The translations under genes were made by a program, and so were the position numbers. 64,000 nucleotides of DNA from Bacilli bacterium (lineage in GTDB: Bacteria; Bacillota_I; Bacilli_A; RFN20; CAG-826): positions 4,590 through 68,589 of the forward strand of contig JAGBLL010000036.1 in the NCBI GenBank assembly GCA_017635465.1, written 5' to 3'. The notes beneath the pieces were generated by a model. That model was not told the origin of the DNA. It saw only the letters and a list, made by a program, of their open reading frames with translations, and ran no database searches. Below are positions 58,744 to 64,000 of this stretch, piece after piece; position 1 is the first letter of the stretch, and every line of letters begins with the position of its first letter.

Positions 58744-61620
58744 ATGGGTATCGGTAAAAAATTACTAAAGCCTCGCGTTATTGCTTGGGGCGTAACAACA
58801 ATCGTTATGGCTGGCGTTTTAATCGCCGCTAACATTGTTTGTAATGGTTACCTTGCTTCCTTATTAAACGGCACATTCTTCGGTGGCCCACAACCTATCG
58901 TCGATAAAGATGATAAAGGCATTCCATTTGAACAAGACTTTGCCTCTAAAAAAGAAGCCTTCAATTATGGTAACGAAGTTACACAAAGAATTTGTGAAGA
59001 AGGTATGGTTCTTCTTAAAAATGAAAACAATACCCTTCCATTACAAAAACAAGCCAAAATTACAGTCTTTGGCAGAAACTCAGTTCAATTAGTTTATGGT
59101 GGTTCTGGTTCCGCTGCTCCAGGTGGTAGTGATAAAGACAGAAAGACCATTGAACAATCGTTAGAAAAAGCTGGTTTCAAAGTCAATCCAGAAATGAGAA
59201 AGTTCTACGAAAAGCAATCTGGTCGTAGTGCTAACCCTGCTATGGAACACGGCGAAGGTATCCCAACTTTAAAAACTGGTGAAACAGAAATTAGCAAATA
59301 TACTGACGCTGTTAAAAATTCTTATAAGGATTATCAAGATGCCGCTCTTGTCGTCTTCTCACGTATCGCTGGTGAAAACTGGGACTTACCACGTGAAGCA
59401 GCTGATAACGCCTCTCGTCATTATCTTGAATTAGATAATAATGAAAGAGATTTATTAAGACACATTGCCGCTTCTGGTTTCCAAAAAATCATTGTTTGTA
59501 TCAATGGTTCTAACTATATTGACCTTGGCTTCTTAAAGCAAGAAACCAACGCTACTGATTATAACGATTTCGGTAAAAACGTTAATGCCGCTATTAACAT
59601 TGGTTCTCCAGGTGAAAACGGTATTATGGCGTTAGGTAGACTTCTCTCTGGTGAAGTCAACCCATCCGGTCATACAGTTGATACTGTTTATACAAATTAT
59701 TCCAAAGACCCAACATGGGAAAACTTTGGTGGTAACTTCTCTGATGGTGGCGATAACTACTTAACAATGGACGGTAAAGCCACTGCCTACTACACTGTCG
59801 ACTATGAAGAAAACATCTACATGGGTTATAGATATTACGAAACCCGTGGTGCGGTTGATGGTGAAGATTGGTACAAAGCTAATGTCGTTTACCCATTTGG
59901 CTATGGCTTAAGTTACACTAAATTCAGTCAAGAAATCGCTAACAAAGCCGCTCTTGAGGGTGCTGCTTTAGAAAAAGACAAGACATTCGATGTCGAAGTC
60001 AAAGTTACCAATACTGGTGATGTCGCTGGTAAACAAGTTATCCAACTTTACGCCAGTGCACCATATACCGCTAATGGTATCGAAAAAGCTCATAAAGTCT
60101 TAGTGGGCTTTGGCAAAACAAAAGAATTAGCTAAAGGCGAATCTGAAACATTAACAATTACTGTTGATCCATATCACTTCGCTAGCTTCGATTCTAAAGA
60201 CAAAAATAACAATGGCTTCAAAGGTTATGAATTAGAAAAAGGCGATTACAAATTCTACGTTGCTGAAAACGCACACGATAGCGCCTTATACTTCACAAAG
60301 AATTTAGCCGCTGATGCTAAATTTGAAAAAGATCCATTAACAGGATACGAAGTTAAACCATTATTCGATGAAGTCACAAGTGCGATGAAAGAAAGCTTAT
60401 CTCGCGCTGACTTTGCTGGTACATTCCCACATAGAATTACCGACGATGAAAGAAAGATCAATGATGAGTTCCTTGCTAAATTAAAATCCAAAGCATCTAC
60501 AAACGATGAAGAATACTCTACTGTTCCAGCAATGGGCAAAGATAGAGGTTCCGTGATGCTTAAGGACTTAGCAGGAAAGAACTATGATGATCCATTATGG
60601 GAAACATTCCTTGATCAGTTAACTTTCAAAGAAATGCTTACCTTATTCAATGAAGGCTGTTATTCCACAGCCGCTATCCTTGATCTTGGTATTCCAAGAA
60701 CAACATCATGTGACGGTCCTACAGGCTTAGTTGCCTTCTTAGGTGACCCAGCAGTTTATGGTACATGTTACTATCAATCCGAATGCTTATTAGCCCAAAC
60801 CTATAGCATTGACCTTGCTAAAGAACAAGCTAAAGCCATCGGTAATGAATGCTTAATCGGTAGTGAAAAGACTGGCTTATCATACCCAGGTTGGTATGCT
60901 CCAGGCGTCAACTTACACCGTTCTCCATTCTCTGGCCGTAACACTGAATACTATTCAGAAGATCCATTCTTAAATGGTAAATTCGCTGGCACAGTCATCA
61001 AAGGCGTGCAAGAAAAAGGCGTTTACGTCAACATCAAACACTTTGCCTTAAATGATCAAGAAACACACAGATCCGCAAACGGTATCGCCACATGGTGTGA
61101 TGAACAAGCAATGCGTGAACTTTACTTAAAAGCCTTCGAAATCGGCGTTAAAGAAGGTAAAGCACACGGTTTGATGACATCCTTCAACCGTATCGGTACT
61201 GAATGGGCTGGTGGTTCCTATCGCTTAGTAACAACCATCCTTAGAAAAGAATGGGGCTTCCAAGGCTCAGTTATCTGCGACTTCCATACAGACTTCTATA
61301 TGGACAGTAAGCAAATGTTATATGCTGGTGGTGACATCAACATGGTCAGCTTAGAAGACCGTAAATTAACAACCGAAAAGAAATATGGTACTCCAACAGT
61401 TTCTGAAAAGAACGCTAAGGACGTGACCTTATTAAGAAAAGCCGCTCATAATAACTTATTCGCGATTGCTAATAGTAACGCGATGAAAGCTAATATTAAG
61501 GGCTATTTACCAGCTAAGTGGCAAATCTTGTTATACTGCGTCACTGGTGGTGTCGCTCTCGGCTTAGCGGTTTGGGGCTTCTTCGCAATCTTTACTACAT
61601 TACGTAAAAAAGAAGACTAA
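58744..61620 (+). CDS. GH3 glycosidase paralog 3, with an N-terminal signal anchor and a C-terminal TM anchor. Same reversed domain order.
   Basis: GSPGENGIMALGRLLSGEVNPSGHTVDTVYTNY (GH3_C), YPFGYGLSYTKF (Fn3-like), KHFALNDQETHR...SFNRIG...GFQGSVICD (barrel). N-terminal TM IAWGVTTIVMAGVLIAANIV. C-terminal TM plus RKKED. Confidence 0.8.
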   Translation: MGIGKKLLKPRVIAWGVTTIVMAGVLIAANIVCNGYLASLLNGTFFGGPQPIVDKDDKGIPFEQDFASKKEAFNYGNEVTQRICEEGMVLLKNENNTLPLQKQAKITVFGRNSVQLVYGGSGSAAPGGSDKDRKTIEQSLEKAGFKVNPEMRKFYEKQSGRSANPAMEHGEGIPTLKTGETEISKYTDAVKNSYKDYQDAALVVFSRIAGENWDLPREAADNASRHYLELDNNERDLLRHIAASGFQKIIVCINGSNYIDLGFLKQETNATDYNDFGKNVNAAINIGSPGENGIMALGRLLSGEVNPSGHTVDTVYTNYSKDPTWENFGGNFSDGGDNYLTMDGKATAYYTVDYEENIYMGYRYYETRGAVDGEDWYKANVVYPFGYGLSYTKFSQEIANKAALEGAALEKDKTFDVEVKVTNTGDVAGKQVIQLYASAPYTANGIEKAHKVLVGFGKTKELAKGESETLTITVDPYHFASFDSKDKNNNGFKGYELEKGDYKFYVAENAHDSALYFTKNLAADAKFEKDPLTGYEVKPLFDEVTSAMKESLSRADFAGTFPHRITDDERKINDEFLAKLKSKASTNDEEYSTVPAMGKDRGSVMLKDLAGKNYDDPLWETFLDQLTFKEMLTLFNEGCYSTAAILDLGIPRTTSCDGPTGLVAFLGDPAVYGTCYYQSECLLAQTYSIDLAKEQAKAIGNECLIGSEKTGLSYPGWYAPGVNLHRSPFSGRNTEYYSEDPFLNGKFAGTVIKGVQEKGVYVNIKHFALNDQETHRSANGIATWCDEQAMRELYLKAFEIGVKEGKAHGLMTSFNRIGTEWAGGSYRLVTTILRKEWGFQGSVICDFHTDFYMDSKQMLYAGGDINMVSLEDRKLTTEKKYGTPTVSEKNAKDVTLLRKAAHNNLFAIANSNAMKANIKGYLPAKWQILLYCVTGGVALGLAVWGFFAIFTTLRKKED

Positions 61621-61640
61621 TAATCACTAACAAAACAAAT

Positions 61641-61670
61641 AGCGAATCTCGTTTGAGGTTCGCTTTTTTG
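61641..61670 (+). terminator. Intrinsic terminator after the GH3 cluster.
   Basis: AGCGAA...TTCGCT hairpin followed by TTTTTTGT. Confidence 0.65.
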
Positions 61671-61738
61671 TATGACTTTATCAATGAAATTTGCATTTTT
61701 TATTAAGTTGTTTTATCTTAATAGTGAGGTAACTCGAT

Positions 61739-63304
61739 ATGAAAAGCATAAAATCGCTTCCAATTTTATTTCTTTGTGCCACTCTTTTTCCTTTAGTGGG
61801 CTGCCAAAATAAGTCAGCAAAATACGAGAACAAAAAAATAGTTGACTGGTATCATGATAATTATTCGCCACTAGGGCCAACTACTTTTGAGTTGAAAGAA
61901 TTTGATAATCCTAAATTCAATATCGATGTGTCAAAAAACTTAACTCAAGAAAATGGTGCTTTTAAAGCAAAAGGCGTTTATGCAGTTTATGTTTATGACA
62001 TTAATAAAGATGGATATCGTGAATTATGCATTTCCGCTACTGATGAGAACAATACCGATTACTCGTATATCTATGATTTAAAAAATAATGAATATCTTTA
62101 TTACATTAAGGATTGTGATGTTCAAAATGTTTGCCGTCACTATCATTTCTATTTAGATAATATCGCGCTTGCTATTTCAAAAGATAAAAATGATTCAACT
62201 GGTGCGGTTTCTAGTACTTATTCAAAGGGTCTCATCCTCTATTCTAAAGAAAGAGGCGTTTATACAAGTTGGATAAATAAATATACAATTACAGATTGTA
62301 AATATTCTTTAACCACATTAAATCCTAATGACACCCCAGTTAATGTTAAACGTGAAAAATATTTAACTACAGGTGATTTAGATGACCATTCTTTATATTG
62401 TTTAAAAGCGGAAATCGATGACACTTTCACTCAAGATTATTCAAGCATGTTCTCTTTAACGTATCGTTCGTTAGGTAAAGATAACATTAAAGTTATTGAT
62501 AAAGGCTATGAGAATGGTACATATAAGATGGTTTTCTATTTTGCTGGACAAAATGGAAAGGCTGATACATCTGATTATGAAGTGCAATTTTCTGGTTATA
62601 ACGAAAACTATAGATTTAATATCGCTAGTGAAGGCACAAGCCAAACTGTCGGTGATTTATTAGGCGCATCTAATAAGATTAAAGCCGTTAGTGATGCTTC
62701 TAAAGTAGTCGTAGAAGAAAACCAATATTATGAATATGGTCGTTTTTATGGCCTACGTTTTATTGACGAAATAACTAGAGACGAGAGAAAAGAATACGCA
62801 GTTAATTATTTAGATAGCCTTGCGTATGAGGTAAATAATGTGTTCTATAACACAAATATAGAGTCTAGTGTGCGTTTAAATTATTACGATAAGAGTGGCA
62901 CTAAATATTCTGTTGAAATAAACAATGGCCGCTATTTCATGAAGGATGGAAAATGCTATGCTTCATTTGAAAACTTCGACATGAAATCTGTTGTTCCAGC
63001 ATCGTTTTTGCGTAATACTAAAATTGGCTTTTTCAAAGAAATGAAAAATGTCGAGATTGAAGATTTAGACAATAGCACTAAAGTCAGCTTTAATAATTTA
63101 GACTTAATCGAAGCAACATGGTACAGTTCTTCAAGCGAACATCCATATCCTCCAAAAGGTACTCATTTTAAATATAGAATCAATACAGATATAAAAAATA
63201 AAGGGTTCTATATCGTTGACGCAAATACATTTATTTCTGATTACGATGGTGTAGAAGTGTATGTGATTGAATCAGGATACAACTTCGCTAACTTGTTTCA
63301 ATAA
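61739..63304 (+). CDS. Lipoprotein of unknown function.
   Basis: Lipobox LVGC. 521 aa, Asn/Tyr/Lys-rich. No recognisable family. Confidence 0.5.
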   Translation: MKSIKSLPILFLCATLFPLVGCQNKSAKYENKKIVDWYHDNYSPLGPTTFELKEFDNPKFNIDVSKNLTQENGAFKAKGVYAVYVYDINKDGYRELCISATDENNTDYSYIYDLKNNEYLYYIKDCDVQNVCRHYHFYLDNIALAISKDKNDSTGAVSSTYSKGLILYSKERGVYTSWINKYTITDCKYSLTTLNPNDTPVNVKREKYLTTGDLDDHSLYCLKAEIDDTFTQDYSSMFSLTYRSLGKDNIKVIDKGYENGTYKMVFYFAGQNGKADTSDYEVQFSGYNENYRFNIASEGTSQTVGDLLGASNKIKAVSDASKVVVEENQYYEYGRFYGLRFIDEITRDERKEYAVNYLDSLAYEVNNVFYNTNIESSVRLNYYDKSGTKYSVEINNGRYFMKDGKCYASFENFDMKSVVPASFLRNTKIGFFKEMKNVEIEDLDNSTKVSFNNLDLIEATWYSSSSEHPYPPKGTHFKYRINTDIKNKGFYIVDANTFISDYDGVEVYVIESGYNFANLFQ

Positions 63305-63316
63305 TAGATGTCCAAT

Positions 63317-63952
63317 CTATTGATTAGCCTCTTCGGAGGCTTTTTTCATTTCTATCTTTTTATCGAAATAACGATATATAAAGAAGAAAGCGATTCCACC
63401 GATAACCATTAATATGGACCAGAACTGTGATGGTGTTAATCCTGGAATAAAAGCGCCTCTTTCATCGTTTCTAACAAATTCAATTAATAATCTCCAAACG
63501 CCGTATCCGATAAGATAGACACCCATATTGTATTTAAAATGGAATTTAAAATATAAAACAATCATCACAGCACTTATTAAAAACAAGAAAACAGCCTCAA
63601 ATAACTGCGTAGGGACTTCTTTATGTAATTCCCCAGGAAATTGCACGCCAAACCACATATCGGTCTCTATACCGCCACAACAGCCGGCAAAAAAGCAACC
63701 TATACGACCAAAGCCATGGGCTAATGTAATTGATATAGGGGCAAATCTTAATAATTCCCAGACACCTTTATTCATATCAGACTTAAAGATGTTCTTTTCT
63801 TTTAGTCTTGGATTAATAACGTAAACGTATAAGAAATATAAACCAAGGTAGACAATAACTCCACCTAATAGACCTCCTAAGAAGGTCATCTTACCGGTAA
63901 ACTGGAATCCTCCACTTGGATTAGCGATAAAGTCATAAATTGATTGCACCAA
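63317..63952 (-). CDS. lgt: Prolipoprotein diacylglyceryl transferase. The N-terminus probably runs past the window end.
   Basis: Lgt signature HGFGRIGCFFAGCCGG and downstream FPxQLFEA. Confidence 0.75.
   Translation of the reverse strand: MVQSIYDFIANPSGGFQFTGKMTFLGGLLGGVIVYLGLYFLYVYVINPRLKEKNIFKSDMNKGVWELLRFAPISITLAHGFGRIGCFFAGCCGGIETDMWFGVQFPGELHKEVPTQLFEAVFLFLISAVMIVLYFKFHFKYNMGVYLIGYGVWRLLIEFVRNDERGAFIPGLTPSQFWSILMVIGGIAFFFIYRYFDKKIEMKKASEEANQ
63324..63348 (+). terminator. Intrinsic terminator for the unknown lipoprotein gene. It is embedded in the 3' coding end of the convergent lgt.
   Basis: AGCCTC-ttcg-GAGGCT hairpin followed by TTTTTTCATT. Confidence 0.6.
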
Positions 63953-64000
63953 TGAGCCAAATAATAGACCTAAAGCAATAGCAAAGAAACCAATAATTAA

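Overview
The window is low-GC and uses the standard genetic code. It covers a chromosomal replication-origin region of a Bacillota-type genome; the Erysipelotrichia or Mollicutes affinity is an inference from the many LAGC/LVGC lipobox proteins, the Bacillus-like tatD-rnmV-ksgA-ispE-glmU synteny and the membrane-anchored rather than wall-anchored surface enzymes. I could not run any homology search.

Gene content, by coordinate:
- 122..5857 (minus strand): a membrane protein, an Fe-alcohol dehydrogenase, a TetR regulator, psuG, a degenerate C-terminal half of a P-type ATPase, and tadA.
- 5868..5953: an SRP (4.5S) RNA gene that is not in the ORF track.
- 6012..17163 (minus strand): serS, a GT-B glycosyltransferase, then gyrA, gyrB, recF, a yaaA-like S4 protein, dnaN and dnaA, with DnaA-box clusters on both sides of dnaA (bipartite oriC).
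- 17468..27600 (plus strand): rpmH, rnpA, yidC, jag, mnmE, tatD, rnmV, ksgA, ispE, a GlmU-like nucleotidyltransferase, a tiny repeat protein, ROK glucokinase and a second sugar nucleotidyltransferase.
- 27729..44676: a dense purine/pyrimidine salvage neighbourhood. It holds a P-loop kinase, a stand-alone GuaA ATP-pyrophosphatase domain, hpt, xpt, an FNT-family channel, a BMP-family nucleoside ABC transporter with a structured leader/attenuator, apt, a pyrP-upp attenuator unit and prs. A 1069-aa Big_3-repeat surface lipoprotein is inserted in this stretch.
- 44791..50270: a PTP-like lipoprotein, then a tight operon of COG2509 FAD-dehydrogenase, CofE-like ligase and UPF0371/DUF1846.
- 50452..61620: three tandem ~1000-1100-aa membrane-anchored GH3 glycosidase paralogs plus a Flg_new/CBM-like lipoprotein. 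In all three the domain order is reversed relative to canonical GH3 (C-domain, Fn3-like, then catalytic barrel). Two of them end in a conserved KGGCGG + transmembrane + basic C-terminal tail that resembles a sortase/exosortase-type sorting signal.
- 61739..63952: an unknown lipoprotein and a partial lgt.

I found no CRISPR arrays, transposases or integrases.
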